64,000 bases of DNA from NCBI GenBank assembly GCA_963804885.1, contig CAWDSF010000019.1:19215-83214 (forward strand). The letters are read 5' to 3'. Source of the stretch: an uncultured beta proteobacterium. GTDB lineage: Bacteria > Pseudomonadota > Gammaproteobacteria > Burkholderiales > SG8-41. Positions 1 to 11,748 of the stretch are shown piece by piece. The translations under genes and the position numbers were made by a program. Under the pieces are notes generated by a model that did not search any database, had not been told where the DNA came from, and was given only the letters and a program-made list of their open reading frames with translations. Position 1 is the first letter of the stretch. Each line of letters opens with the position of its first letter.

Positions 1-223
1 CGATGTCGGCGCAGCGAAAATACACCACGCCTTGCGGCGTCACGGTGGCACCCTTGGCGACCTTTTCCAGCAGCAGCCGGACCCCGGCGCAGTCGAAGAA
101 CGTCAGGTCGCCATAGCGGTAGAGCTTCCGCAGGCCCAGGACATCGCCATAGAACGCCTCCGCGCGATCGACGTCGCTGACCGGAAGCGCAATCTGCCCG
201 ATCGGGCCGAGCTTGACCGGCAT
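1..223 (-). CDS. VOC (glyoxalase/bleomycin-resistance/dioxygenase) family protein, N-terminal 74 codons; continues beyond the window start
   Basis: Hand translation of the minus strand from ATG (221-223): MPVKLGPIGQIALPVSDVDRAEAFYGDVLGLRKLYRYGDLTFFDCAGVRLLLEKVAKGATVTPQGVVYFRCADI. This is a typical VOC-fold N-terminus. It is absent from the ORF track because it has no stop inside the window. Confidence 0.55.
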   Translation of the reverse strand, partial: MPVKLGPIGQIALPVSDVDRAEAFYGDVLGLRKLYRYGDLTFFDCAGVRLLLEKVAKGATVTPQGVVYFRCADI

Positions 224-228
224 GGCGG

Positions 229-702
229 CTAGCCCTTCTGCCGCAGCAGCCGGCCGCGCTCGCGCGCCCAGTCGCGCTTCTTCTCGGTCTCGCGCTTGTC
301 GTGCAGTTTCTTGCCCTTGGCGAGCGCGATCTCGATCTTGGCGCGGCCCTTGGCGTTGAAATACATCTTCAGCGGCACGACCGTCATGCCCTCGCGCTCG
401 ACCGCGCCGATCAGCTTGTTGATCTGGCGCTGGTGCAAGAGAAGCTTGCGCGGCCGCTTGGGCGCGTGATTGAAGCGGCCGGCCTGGGTGTATTCCGAGA
501 TGTTGGAGTTGAGCAGCCACAGCTCGCCATCGCGGGCGGCGGCGTAGGATTCGGCGATGCTGGCCTTGCCGGCGCGCAGCGACTTCACCTCGCTGCCGGT
601 GAGCGCGATGCCGGCCTCGAGCGTCTCGTCGATGGCGTAGTGGAACCGCGCCTTGCGGTTCTCGGCGACGATCTTGAAGCGCGGATCGGGCTTGGCGGCC
701 AT
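229..702 (-). CDS. smpB: SsrA-binding protein SmpB
   Basis: Intact 157-aa [33 protein letters not shown] and [11 protein letters not shown] are hallmark SmpB segments. Confidence 0.97.
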   Translation of the reverse strand: MAAKPDPRFKIVAENRKARFHYAIDETLEAGIALTGSEVKSLRAGKASIAESYAAARDGELWLLNSNISEYTQAGRFNHAPKRPRKLLLHQRQINKLIGAVEREGMTVVPLKMYFNAKGRAKIEIALAKGKKLHDKRETEKKRDWARERGRLLRQKG

Positions 703-866
703 GGGCTTGTTCCCGAGCTCAATCGATCAAATGCCCGCATCATGGTCAACAGCGCCGACCAGGACCCGTTATCGGGGCTCATGCACCTTGCAAGGCCTCG
801 TTCCAGCCGACAAAATCGACGGCGACGCGCGCTATGACAGTGCGTGACGCGCACCCGGGAGCTGCC

Positions 867-2098
867 ATGCCGAACAAGTCCGTCGTATCCATCTTCACGT
901 CTTTGCTGGTGTGCTGGGCGCCGGCGGCGCTGGCCCAACAGGCTGCGCAGAATTTCCCGGACGGGCCGGGCAAGGACACCGTGCTCAAGGTTTGCGGCGG
1001 CTGCCACGATATCAACCGGGCACGCGCCGGCTACACGCCGGAAGGCTGGAACATGCTCCAGCACATGATGCAGAACTTCGAAACGCCCATTCCGGCCGAG
1101 GAATGGCCCACCGTCACCGCTTATCTGACCAAGGCGTTTCCGGAACGGCCGCGTCCCGCCGCTGTGATCATCGAAGGCCCGGTGCAGGCTTCGATCAAGC
1201 TCTGGAATGTGCCGACGCTCGGCTCGCGGCCGCACGACCCGCGTCGCCACCAAGGACGGCGCGATCTGGTGGACCGGGCAATTGTCGAACAAGCTCGGCC
1301 GCGTCGATATCAAGACCGGCGCGATCCGGGAATACACGCTCAAGACGCCGCACACCGGCCCGCACGGGCTGCGCGAGGACAAGGACGGCAACATCTGGTT
1401 CACCGGCAACCATGCCGCGCTGATCGGCAAGCTCGATCCGAAAACCGGCCTGGTCACCGAATACAAGATGCCGGATCCGAAGGTGAAGGATCCGCACAGC
1501 CTGGAAATTGCCGCCGACGGCAGGATCTTCTTCACCGCGCAGCAGTCGAACGTGGTCGGCCGCGTCGATCCGAGCGAGCGGCGAGGTCAAGCTCGTGCCG
1601 GTGCCGACGCCGCGCGCGCGCCCCTACGGCATCATGATCAATGCCAAGGGCGTGCCGGTGTTCTGCGAATTCGGCACCAACAAGATCGCCACGCTCGATC
1701 CGAACACCCTGGAGATCAAGGAATACACGTTGCCCGATCCGGCCTCGCGGCCGCGCCGCATCGCGCTGGTCGGCGACGAGGTCTACTATTCGGATTTCTC
1801 GCGCGGCTTCCTCGGTCGCCTCAACCTCGTGACCGGCGAGCACAAGGAATGGCCGTCGCCGAGCGGGCCGAAATCCGAGCCGTATGGCATCGTCTATGCC
1901 AAGGGCGCGATCTGGTACAACGAAGCGTTTGCCAAACCGAACACCATCGTTCGCTTCGATCCCAAGACCGAAAAGTTCCAGAGCTGGGCGATCCCCGGCG
2001 GCGGCGACATCGTCCGCAAGATGGACGTCACGCCGGATGGCAATCCGGTGACCGCCAACAGCCTGGTCAATCAGGTCGGACTGGTCGAAATCAAATAA
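867..2098 (+). pseudogene. Exported c-type cytochrome domain fused to a beta-propeller (Vgb/SMP-30-like repeats); two frame changes
   Basis: Signal peptide plus CGGCH haem motif in ORF 834-1637 (start taken at MPNKS, 867). It continues in ORF 1207-2169 (DGAIWWTGQLSNKLGRVD, DGNIWFTGNH) and ORF 1508-2098 (PYGIMINAKGVPVFCEFGTNKIATLD through the stop). Frame changes lie near 1240 and 1575. Confidence 0.75.
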
Positions 2099-2165
2099 CG
2101 CTGACACTCAAACGAATACGGGCCGGATCGTTCGATCCGGCCCGTATCATTTCATTCCGGCGAAC

Positions 2166-3056
2166 CTAGTTGATCAGCCCGGCATGCACCATGGCGTCGC
2201 GCACGGCGGCCTGGGTCTTTTCGGAGATCGGTACCATCGGCAGCCGCAGATGGTTCGCGCACTTGCCGATCAGCGACATGGCATACTTGATCGGCGCCGG
2301 ACTGGTCTCGATGAACAGATTGATGTGCAGGGGCGCAAGCTTGTCCTGCAGCCTGAGCGCAGTCGCGTAGTCGCCCTTCAGACACGCCGCCTGAAATTCC
2401 GAGCACAGGCGCGGCGCCACGTTCGAGGTCACCGAAATGCAGCCGTGGCCGCCGTGGGCGTTAAAGCCGAGCGCGGTGATGTCCTCGCCGGAGAGCTGGT
2501 TGAAGCCGTCATCCATCGCCGCGCGCTGCTGCGAGACGCGCGCCATGTTGGCGGTGGCGTCCTTGACGCCGGCGATGTTGTTCAGCTCATAGAGCCGCTT
2601 CATGGTGTCGACGTTTATGTCGACAATCGAGCGTCCCGGGATGTTGTACATGATGATCGGGATGCCGATCGCGTCGTTGATCGCCTTGAAGTGCTGGTAG
2701 AGCCCTTCCTGGGTCGGCTTGTTGTAATACGGCGACACCACCAGCACCGCGTCAGCGCCGGCCTTCTCGGCGTGCTTGGACAGGCTGATCGCCTCCGCCG
2801 TGGAGTTCGAGCCGGCGCCCGCGATCACCGGCACCCGGCCCTTGGCCTCCGCGACGCACCATTCGACGACCTGCTCGTGCTCCTTGTGCGACAGGGTCGG
2901 GCTTTCGCCGGTGGTCCCGACCGGAACCAGGCCATTGGTGCCCTCGGCGATCTGCCAGTTCACCAGCTCGCGGAACGCTTTTTCGTCGAGCCCACCGTTC
3001 TTGAACGGCGTGACGAGCGCGGTGAAGGATCCCCGGAACCTCGTCTTGGCGGTCAT
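2166..3056 (-). CDS. dapA: 4-hydroxy-tetrahydrodipicolinate synthase
   Basis: The last 296 codons of ORF 2166-3860, from [18 protein letters not shown] (ATG at 3054-3056), carry [11 protein letters not shown] and [12 protein letters not shown] motifs. The upstream part of that long ORF is Arg/Gly/Cys-rich read-through. Confidence 0.96.
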   Translation of the reverse strand: MTAKTRFRGSFTALVTPFKNGGLDEKAFRELVNWQIAEGTNGLVPVGTTGESPTLSHKEHEQVVEWCVAEAKGRVPVIAGAGSNSTAEAISLSKHAEKAGADAVLVVSPYYNKPTQEGLYQHFKAINDAIGIPIIMYNIPGRSIVDINVDTMKRLYELNNIAGVKDATANMARVSQQRAAMDDGFNQLSGEDITALGFNAHGGHGCISVTSNVAPRLCSEFQAACLKGDYATALRLQDKLAPLHINLFIETSPAPIKYAMSLIGKCANHLRLPMVPISEKTQAAVRDAMVHAGLIN

Positions 3057-3274
3057 GGCATTCCTCGATTTTCTGGACCGGAACGGCCCGGCGGCCGTCC
3101 CTGCGGCAGCATAGCAAAAAATAGCCGCGGCGTCCGGTCGATGAAAGGCCCACGTCCTGCTAGCGTCGCTCGGCCACGTTTCAAGTCGCTCCCGCGACAA
3201 ACTGTCGCCGCGTTTTCCGGCGACTTTCGGTTTTATCAACTTTATCAACGCAATAGCTTGCGGCGAGAATTGGC

Positions 3275-5816
3275 ATGATTCGAACCGCAGGCGAGGACCG
3301 GCCGTTGGCTTACCGCATCCGTTTGAGCGCTTGGGCCTGGCTCGCTGTCGCAGGCTTGTTCGCAGCCACGGTTCCGGCGCAAGCCGCGCCTGACACCTCC
3401 GTTGCAACGCAGCCCGCGGCCGGCAAGCCGAAGCCCGCCAAGCCGTCCGCCAAAAAAGACAACAAGAAGGACAATGGGCCGAAGGCGCAAGCCAAGTCGG
3501 ACGACAAGGCCAAGCCGGCAGCGCAGGCGCAGTCGGACGCCAAGGCAAAGTCCAAATCCGAGTCCAAATCCAAGTCAAAGCCGAAAGCCCAAGCCAAGGA
3601 CCAAGCCAAGGACCAGAGCCAAGGCCAAATCCAAAACCAAGCCCGACACCAAGTCGGCAAAGGCCGCCAAGACGCCGACACCGAAATCTGCCGCGACCGC
3701 AAAATCCAAAGCCGCGGCCGCGCGGCCTGCCGCAGGCGGCAAGGCCGCTCCGCTGGCTCCGCCGGTCGCCGCCGCCTTGCAGCCGTCGCTGCCGCAAGGC
3801 CATGACGCCGCCACGCCCGCCCTGTCTGGCGCCGAAGGCGCACCGGCGGGCGACGGCCAACCGCTGCCGGTCCCGGCGCCAGCCAACACCATCATCACCA
3901 CCGCGGCGCTCGACGTCACCGCCGTCAAGCGCGCCGTCGAGCTGGTGCGCACCCGCAAGCAGTCCGATGCCACCGAACTGAAACGAAACATCTCCGATCC
4001 GGTCGCCAAGAAGCTGGTGGAATGGATCGTGCTTCGCAGCGACGATTGCGGCGCAAGCTTCGAGCGCTACGTGGCCTTCATCAATGAGAATCCGACCTGG
4101 CCCAGCATCATCACGCTGCGGCGCAAGGCCGAGGCCGCCGCCTGGCAGGAGAAAGCCGACAACAGCCGGGTGCGCGCCTTCCTCGCCCAGCTAGCCGCCG
4201 CTATCGGCCAAGGGCAAGTTCGCGCTGGCGCGCGCACTGCTCGCCCAGGGCGACCGCAAGGGCGCCGAGACGCTGGTGCGCGAGACCTGGCGCTACGACG
4301 GCTTTTCGGCCGACGTTGAAAAGCAGGTGCAGGACACTTTCGGCGAATTCTTGACGCGCGACGATGACAAGGCGCGCATGGACCGCCGCCTGTACGAAAA
4401 GGATGACACCGAAGCGGGGCTGCGGGCGGCCGCGCGGTTGGGCGGCAACGAGCCCGCGATCGCCAAGGCGCGCATCGCGTTGCTCGACAAGGTCGGCAAC
4501 AAGACGCTGCTCGATGCGGTGCCCGCCGCCGCGCACAACGACATCGGCTACAAGTTCGCCCGCCTGCAGATGCTCCGGCGCGGCGACCACTTGGCCGAGG
4601 CGGTGGCGCTGCTGAAGACCCTGCCCAAGACGCTCGACGACAGCCACGATCTCGACGAATGGTGGGTGGAGCGCCGCCTGCTGGCCCGCAAGCTGCTCGA
4701 CGTCGACGATCCCAAGAGCGCCTACGAGGTGTCGCGCGACGCCACGTTGCCGACGCGCGACAATTACCGCACCGAGCACCACTTCACGGCGGGCTGGATC
4801 GCGCTGCGTTACCTGCACGACCCCGCCACCGCTTATGCGCATTTCGGCAAGATCCCGGAGAGCAGCGACAATCCGATTTCGCTGGCGCGCGGCGCCTACT
4901 GGAGGGCCGCGCCGCCGAGGCGATGCGGCAGGGCCAGCAGGCGCGCAGCCATTACCAGGACGGCGGCGCGCTACCCGACCGCCTATTACGGCCAGATCGC
5001 CCGCGCCAAGGCGGGGCTGGGCGAACTGACCCTCAATCCATTCCCGGCGCTGACCGCGGCCCAGCGCGCCCAGGCCACCCGGTCCGACGTGGTGCGCGCC
5101 GCCGAGCTGCTCTACGCGGTCGAGGCGCGCGATCTGGCCTGGACCGCGATGGCCGACCAGGGCGACAAGTCGGACGACGTTCCGACACTGGCGCTGCTCG
5201 CCGAGCTCACCGCCAAGTACAAGGACGCGCGCGGCATGCTGCTGCTCGGCAAGCTGGCGCTGGCGCGCGGCTATGCGCTCGACCACGCCGCCTTTCCGAC
5301 CGTCGGGGTGCCGGACTACACCTCGGTCGGGCCGGCGGTCGAGCCGGCAATCGTTTATTCGATCGTGCGGCAGGAGAGCTGGTTCAATCCCAAGACCGTC
5401 TCCAGCGCCAACGCCTCGGGCTGATGCAGGTCACCCCGCCGGCCGGCAAATACGTCGCCAAGAAATTCAACGTCACCTTCGACCAGAAGCGGCTGCTCAG
5501 CGACCAGTCCTATAATGTGCAGATGGGCGCGGCCGAACTCGGCGACGTCATCAAGGACTATCGCGGCTCCTACATCATGTCGTTCGCGGCCTACAATGCC
5601 GGCCGCGGCCGGGTGCGCGACTGGGTCGAGCGGTTCGGCGATCCGCGCGATCCCAAGGTCGATCCGATCGACTGGGTCGAGCGCATCCCGTTCTCCGAGA
5701 CGCGCAACTACGTCCAGCGCGTGATGGAGAACGTGCAGGTCTATCGCGTGCGCTTCGGCGGCGGCCCCCGGCTGCTGATCGAGGCCGACCTGCGGCGCGG
5801 CGCGAGCGCAAACTAG
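3275..5816 (+). pseudogene. Soluble lytic murein transglycosylase (Slt70-like) with a Lys/Ala/Ser/Gln-rich N-terminal low-complexity region; several frame changes
   Basis: Signal peptide in ORF 3275-3805. The body is spread over ORFs 3402-4319, 4276-5424 and 4659-5816. The catalytic region reads IVRQESWFNPKTVSSANASGLMQVTP ... AYNAG ... FSETRNYVQRVMEN. Frame changes lie near 3640, 4200-4270, 4900, 4960 and 5420. Confidence 0.85.
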
Positions 5817-8333
5817 CTCGGCTTGACGGCGAAGCTGCTCGGCGCCCCACCGCCACGGTGAATGTCCCACATGGTGGTGTATGCCGCTTCGATGTGCCGG
5901 CAGAATCGCTCGGTGTTGTAAAGCGGCTGGGTCAGGCGATTTTGCTCGAGCTTCTGCCGGATCGCCGCCAGTTCGGCGGGGTCCGACGCGAGCCTGCCGG
6001 CCAGGGCCTCGTATTCATCGATGCTCGTGGTCACGAGGTCCGGCAGGCCGACGGCGTGCAGCAGGCTCGCCGCTACGCGGCCGGCAAACGTCGCGCCGAG
6101 GCACGTCAGCACAGGCAGGCCGGCCCAGAGCGCGTCGCTGGCCGAGGTGTGGGCGTTGCACGGCAAGGTGTCGAGGAAAAGGTCGGCGGCGCGATGGCGC
6201 GCCAAGTGCGCAGACAGGTCCATCTTCGGGGCGAACACCAGCCGCGCCGGATCGACGCCGCGGGCGGCGGCCTCCCGGCGCAGGTTCTCGGTCGCGGCGC
6301 CGTTGCTGCTCAGCAGCCACAGCACCGAGCCCTCGTCGCGCTTGAGCAGGCGCATCCAGACGTCGAAGAAATCCGGTGTGAACTTGTAGCTCTGGTTGAA
6401 GCAGCAGAATACAAAGCCGCGCTCCGGCAGACCGAGCGCGGCACGAGATTGGAAGCCCGGTGCGATCGTTTTGCTCGTATCGTTGACTTGGTAACAGTCC
6501 GGCAAGTGGACGATCTTCTCGGTGAAATAGGGCTGCTGGTCGAACGGCAGCACCATCGGATCGGCGACGATGTAGTCGATGGCGTCGATCGCGGTGGTGC
6601 CGGGATAGCCAAGGAACGTCGCCTGCACCGGCGCCGCGACGGTTGAACAGGATGGCCGGCCGGGCGTTCTCGGTGTGCCCCTTGAGATCGACCGCGATGT
6701 CGACGCCGGCCTCGCGAATGATCCTTGCCACATCGGCGTCGTTCTCGAAACGCACGTCGTGGAATGAGTCGAAGGATCGGATGACGCGGCGGCGGATGTC
6801 GCTCTGGTCATCCGGGCCGAACGAGATGCCGATCAGCTCGAACCGGGAGCGGTCGTGGCGCTCGAACAGCTCGGCCGCGAGCCAAGCCGTGGGGTGGCGA
6901 TGAAAATCGGCGGAAAGGTACGCGAGCCTGATCCTGTCGCCCGCGCGCGGCGCACGCATGACCGCCGGCGCAGCAGGCGGCGCCTGCCAGCGGCGCTCGA
7001 CGTAGCCGCGGGTGTAACGCAGATGGTCGGCGGCGGTCACCGGCAGCGCGACAAACACAAAGGGTTGCACAACCGCTCCGCCCTCGCTGATGGCGCGGTC
7101 GAGCCTCGCCGGCAAATGCCTGGTCTCCGCCCAGTCGCATACCGAGAGCTGGTAGAAGGCCAGATCGCTTGGCGCATAGGGATGCTGGGGATTGATCGCA
7201 AGCGCGCGTTGGCAATCGGCGATGGCTTCGCGGTACCGGTCGAGCTTGACGAGCGCCTGCGCCCGGTTGTGCAGCGCGTCCGCATCGTCCGGCCGCGCCG
7301 CCAGCGCGGCGTCGTAGGAGTCAATCGCCTCGGTGAACCGGCCGAGCCGGAACAGCGCGATACCTCGGTTGTTGAGCGCTTCGGCGTGCTGCGGCCTGAT
7401 GCGGAGGGCCTCTTCGTAGCCGGCCAGCGCTTCGGTCAGTCGATTGAGCGCCGCCAGCGCGAAGGCGCGGTTGTGCAGCGCTTCCGGCTGCGCCCGGTCG
7501 ATCGCCAGCACCCGCTCGAATTGGCGGATCGCCTCGGCATGGCTCTCGCGCGCCAGCAGGATGGCGCCTTGCGTGATCATCGCGCCGAGGTGATCGGGCT
7601 TGATTGCCAGCGCCTGCGCGCAGCTCGCGGCCGCCTCGTCGAAGCGCTTCAACCCCTTCAACGCGATGGCGCGGCCGTTCATCGCCTCGACGTGCAGCGG
7701 GTTTGCGGCGAGCACGCGGTCGAAGCACGCCAGCGCGTCCGCATGGCGGCCGAGCCGCCCCAGCACATTGCCGCGGTTGAGCTGGACATCAACCTGCTGG
7801 GGCGCGATCGCGAGCGCGCGATCGTAGCAGCTCAGCGCCGCCTGATCGCGGCCGACCGTCGCCAGCAGGTTGGCGCGGTTGAACCAAGCCACCGGATCGT
7901 TCGGCCGCGCGGCCAACACCCGCTCGTATTCGGCGAGAGCCAGCTCGACGCGACCGAGGCTTCCCAGCACCACGGCGCGGTTGTATCGGGCATCGATGTC
8001 GTTCGGCTCGTGCGCCAGGATCGCGTCAAAGCAACCGAGCGCCTCCTCGGCGCGGCCGAGCGTGAGCAGGATGGAGCCGAGCGTCGCCCGCGCTGGGCTG
8101 GACCGCGGGTTCTGGTGCAGCGCCGCTGAAACGAGGTCGCGGGCCTCCGCGGGCTTACCCTGCTGCATGCGCAGGATACCGAGCAGGTGCAGCGCATCGA
8201 AGTGTTGCGGGGTTTTGGCAAGGATCGCGCGATAGGCCGCCTCGGCCTCGAATTGGCGGCCCTGCCGGTGCAGGTCCAGAGCCTGCTCGAAGGCCTGGCG
8301 CGTCGTGCCGCCGCCCGGGCCACGCGCCATCAC
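5813..8333 (-). pseudogene. TPR-repeat protein fused to a GT41-like (SPINDLY/O-GlcNAc transferase family) glycosyltransferase domain; one frame change
   Basis: About 560 codons of TPR repeats in ORF 6015-8333 up to ...DLKGHTENARPAIL. The C-terminal catalytic domain is in ORF 5813-6811 (FLGYPGTTAIDAIDYIVADP, FCCFNQSYKFTP, LDTLPCNAHTSASDALWAGLPVLT). The frame change is near 6640. Confidence 0.8.
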
Positions 8334-8396
8334 GGACCTGATCCGGATGGCGCGGTCGGCGCCGCCGCCCCATGCGGCACTGGCCTTCGGCGCTCG

Positions 8397-9374
8397 ATGC
8401 AGCTAAATCCTATCCGCCACGTCGCGATCATCGGAAGTGGGTTTACAACAGTGCCGTCAGCGCAGGAAGACGCCGCGACCAGTGTCACGGTTACCGCGCC
8501 GGACGGCTTGCAGCTGCACGTGCGCAGCTACGGATCGCGGCTTGCGCCCCACCTGCCGGTGGTGTGCCTGCCGGGGTTGACGCGCACGGTCGCCGATTTC
8601 CATGAGCTTGCGGTCGCGCTCGCCGCCGATCCCGAGACGCCGCGGCATGTGATCGCGCTCGACTCCCGCGGCCGCGGGCAGTCCGATTATGACCGGGATC
8701 CGGGCAACTACACGCTCGCCACCGAGCTCGCCGATCTGCTGGCAGTGCTGACCGCGCTCGACGTCGCCCCGGCGGTGTTCATCGGCACCTCGCGCGGCGG
8801 CATCCTGACCATGCTGCTGGCCTGCGCCCGCCCGACCACGATTGCGGGCGCGGTGCTCAACGACATCGGCCCGGTGATCGAGCCAAGCGGGCTTGCGCGC
8901 ATCAAGAGCTACGTCGGCAAGCTGCCACGGCCCAAGAGCTTCGAGGAAGGCGCCGAAATCCTGCGCCGGCTGTTCGGTCAGCACTTCTCAAAGTTCAGCG
9001 AGGACGATTGGCTCGCTTTTTCGCACCGCAGCTTCAAGGTTGCGCGCAAGAGTCTGGTGCCGAATTACGACGTCAAGTTGGCCAGGACCTTGGACGGCAT
9101 CGACTTCAATCGCCCGCTGCCGACCATGTGGGCGGAATTCGGAGCGCTCGGCCGCGTGCCGCTGATGGTGGTGCGCGGGGAGAACTCGGACCTCCTGTCG
9201 GAGGCGACGGTCGCGGCAATGCGGGCGCGGCGAACCGGCATGGAAGCCGTTGTGGTGGCCGACCAGGGGCATGCACCACTGCTGACCGGAACGGACCTGA
9301 TACGCCGGATCGTCGCCTTCGTCGCCTCCTGCGATCGGGGCCGGCCTGCCATGACCGGCGCCGCTGCCGGCTGA
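8397..9374 (+). CDS. Alpha/beta hydrolase
   Basis: In-frame ATG at 8397 (MQLNPIRH) inside ORF 8187-9374. It has a nucleophile-elbow context (FIGTSRGG) and a C-terminal DQGHAPLL, as expected for the alpha/beta fold. The upstream part of the ORF overlaps the divergent TPR gene. Confidence 0.85.
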   Translation: MQLNPIRHVAIIGSGFTTVPSAQEDAATSVTVTAPDGLQLHVRSYGSRLAPHLPVVCLPGLTRTVADFHELAVALAADPETPRHVIALDSRGRGQSDYDRDPGNYTLATELADLLAVLTALDVAPAVFIGTSRGGILTMLLACARPTTIAGAVLNDIGPVIEPSGLARIKSYVGKLPRPKSFEEGAEILRRLFGQHFSKFSEDDWLAFSHRSFKVARKSLVPNYDVKLARTLDGIDFNRPLPTMWAEFGALGRVPLMVVRGENSDLLSEATVAAMRARRTGMEAVVVADQGHAPLLTGTDLIRRIVAFVASCDRGRPAMTGAAAG

Positions 9375-9407
9375 TCGGCGCGCCCTCCCCAGCTTCACAA
9401 AGAAAAA

Positions 9408-9430
9408 CCCCGGCGGACAAGCCGCCGGGG
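9408..9430 (-). terminator. Hairpin terminator between the convergent hydrolase and porin genes
   Basis: ccccggcgg-acaag-ccgccgggg, a 9-bp GC stem. On the minus strand it is followed by TTTTTCTTTG, which fits termination of the porin transcript. Confidence 0.65.
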
Positions 9431-9463
9431 CCGATGTTGATTCGGACTTTCGTGACGTGCCGA

Positions 9464-11081
9464 CTACGGCAGGTCGCGATGCCAGCGGAAGCGGCCGGCG
9501 AGGACGTCCTGGTCCTCGATACGCCGCAGACCGGTCGGCTGTGCACCACCGGCAAGCGCGGTGTAGTTGACAACCGCGCCTCCCGATGCCGTCTCCAGTC
9601 TGTAGTAGACGATGTCGAAGCCCATGTAGAAGTCCTTGGTGACGTTCCACTGGGACCGCGAGCCGATCTGCCACACATTGAAGTTGTTGTTGCAGGTCCC
9701 AACGCCCGACGCACCACCGCACGCAGTGAAGCTGATGGTGTTGGCACGTAGCACCAGTTTGCGCTCCGCAGATCACGGCGTTGGCTTCGTCACTGTAACG
9801 CACGGCAACGTAACTGCCGTGGATCGACGTCCGAAGCGACGGCGTCCAGAAGTGTTCACAACCGCCCGCAATACCCCAGGCGGTTGTCAGCTGAAGGCCG
9901 GTTTGACCGTCACAGCTTCTTTGTGTACCGGCGGCATCGAGGCTGAGCGCCACCGGTGGGATTGGCCACCGTCGCCGCGTTGCCGCAGTACACGGCATCA
10001 CTCCAGAAGCCGTAACCGAGCGTACCACCGACGAGAGAGCCAGCACCCGTGGTTGCGCCGGCGATACCCGAGCCACCGCCCGAGAAGGACGCGACGCCGG
10101 AACCGCCGTTGGTGTTGGAGATGTAGCGGACGGCACCTTCCGTGTACGCGGCTTGCGCGGCGAAGTAATCGCCGGGCCCGATGAACGGCGGTTGATCTTG
10201 ATGCCGCCGCCAACCGCCCAGCCCCACGTGTCGGACGGGTAGCCGTTATTCAGAGACCCTGTCGATGGTGGTCCCGTAATAGCCAGCCTGGACTTGCTTC
10301 ACCACGCCCATCACCTGCGCACTGCCCCATGCGCCGTCGATGCGGATGTTGCCCACGATGTCAGGCCAGGCCGACTTGCCCTGGATCTTGCAAGGGCCTG
10401 CGTCCGGGTGCTCAGTGACTGCCCAACGCGGTCGGACGGGTGGTGACCGCCGAGCGCGGTGTTCCACACGCCCGCCCGCTTGGCTTCCGGCTCTTCGACC
10501 GAGAGCGAGGCGGAGATGCCGTTGCCGAGCTGGGCAGTGTAGGCGAACACACGCTGGCCACCGTCACCGGTGTCGCTCGACTGATCCACCAGGTAGGCGA
10601 TTGCCGCCACCGAGTAGTGGTCGAAGTACGACGACGCCAGACCGACCGTGAACCCCGCGATCTGGATGAACGCGCGGTTGGCACTGAAGTCGGAGCTGTT
10701 GTTGCCGTTGATGCCGATGTTGAGGTAGGTCCGCAGCGTACCATACGCGGTCTGCTGGCGGGTCTCTTGCGTGATGTAGGCGCGGGTGCGCCACACCAGG
10801 TCACGGGTGCCGTTGATGCGGGTGTTCTGCATCGACGAGCTGACCCATGGGCCGGCGGTCAGGTTTTCGCCGTAAAGATAGCCCCACTCCTGACGGACAT
10901 AGCCGCCAAGATGCATGCAGATGTCGGTGCCGGGGATGTAGTAGTACCCAGCGCCGTACAGGCTGCAAACCTTCACGTATTCGACCGGTTTGGCCTTAAC
11001 GGGAAGATCGGCTGCCTGTGCCCCTCCCACCGCAACGAGTCCTGCCGCGGAGCCGAGGAGAAGACTTTTCACCATCTTCAT
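9464..11081 (-). pseudogene. Outer-membrane porin (alphaproteobacterial Porin_2-type), several frame changes
   Basis: GGAGGA is 6 nt upstream of ATG 11079-11081. Signal peptide MKMVKSLLLGSAAGLVAVGGAQA. Pieces lie in ORFs 10311-11102, 10246-10467, 9910-10227, part of 8988-10136, and 9464-9754. The C-terminus reads ...FYMGFDIVYYRL...LAGRFRWHRDLP. Confidence 0.8.
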
Positions 11082-11599
11082 TGTTGTTCCTCCGTGTTTC
11101 ACTTCGGTGGGAGGGTTCGGTCTCCTCGGTGCTATCGCACCCCTGGAATGTCCCCGTATCTCCCCGAACCACCCAGAAACCCATACCCACTCGGGATTCC
11201 AGACGGGACGACCTAGGGATGCCCCCTCCGTCGCACGCGCACCTTAGCCGATGCGACTTGTCAGGCAACGACCAATGACCCCTTCCCACAGGCCCAAACG
11301 CCTGATTTTCAACGGGTGTTGCCCGAAAGGCACGCAGCCTGTGAACAACCGCTGCGCGACATCCCAGGCCCGCGCAAATAGCAGAAATCGCAGGCAATTC
11401 CCGGCCAGGACACGGCATTGACGACGCGGCGCCGTAGCCCGGGCGGGCCCCAAATGCACCGAATCCGATCATCGCGCGGCGCGTGTGGGAGCCGCTCGGA
11501 AGCCGTCGGGAACCGGCCGTGTCGGCGTCGGTTCCGCCAATCCAGAACCGGTCCAGGGCCGAAAAACGTCGCCAGCGGTTCCGATTCGGACGCGCGTCA

Positions 11600-11740
11600 G
11601 CGGCCAATTCGTCGTCGTTCGATCATCGGGAGTTCGATTGCTTGTCTCGTCGCGCCATCGAGTTCGAAGCCGATGAAATTCACTGCACGTGGAACAAAAA
11701 CATCGCGGCATTCGGAATCACGATTCGACGAGAAGACGTC
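11600..11740 (-). pseudogene. Relic of the C-terminal part of a paralogue of the adjacent TPR-methyltransferase gene
   Basis: The tail of ORF 11597-11992 reads SECRDVFVPRAVNFIGFELDGATRQAIELP. The intact gene has SECRDLLMH...NLGFIGFELDGARQQAYRVAFP. At nucleotide level gcgccatcgagttcgaagccgatgaa (about 11651-11676) matches 11881-11906 at 25 of 26 positions, and atcgcggcattcg recurs. There is an internal deletion and no start codon. Confidence 0.6.
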
Positions 11741-11748
11741 ATCCCGAT

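Noticed and set aside
2166-3860. 564-aa ORF suggesting a very large DapA-containing fusion protein
   Set aside because: Only the last 296 codons (from ATG 3054-3056) look like DapA. The upstream 268 codons are Arg/Gly/Cys/Trp-rich, lie antisense to the Slt-like gene, and are typical stop-free read-through in GC-rich DNA.
4201-5286. Long antisense ORFs. Examples: 4201-5286(-), 6855-8129(+), 11689-13113(+), 19986-21389(+), 30092-31258(-), 35196-35735(-), 59745-60812(-)
   Set aside because: All lie opposite genes with clear homology-type signatures. Their translations are Arg/Ala/Gly/Pro-rich with no recognisable motifs. They are shadow ORFs expected at this GC content.
8988-10136. 382-aa minus-strand ORF overlapping the hydrolase and porin
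   Set aside because: Only a central piece (LQLTTAWGIAGGCEHFWTPSLRTSIHGSYVAVRYSDEANAV) is porin sequence. The rest is out-of-frame porin or antisense to the hydrolase.
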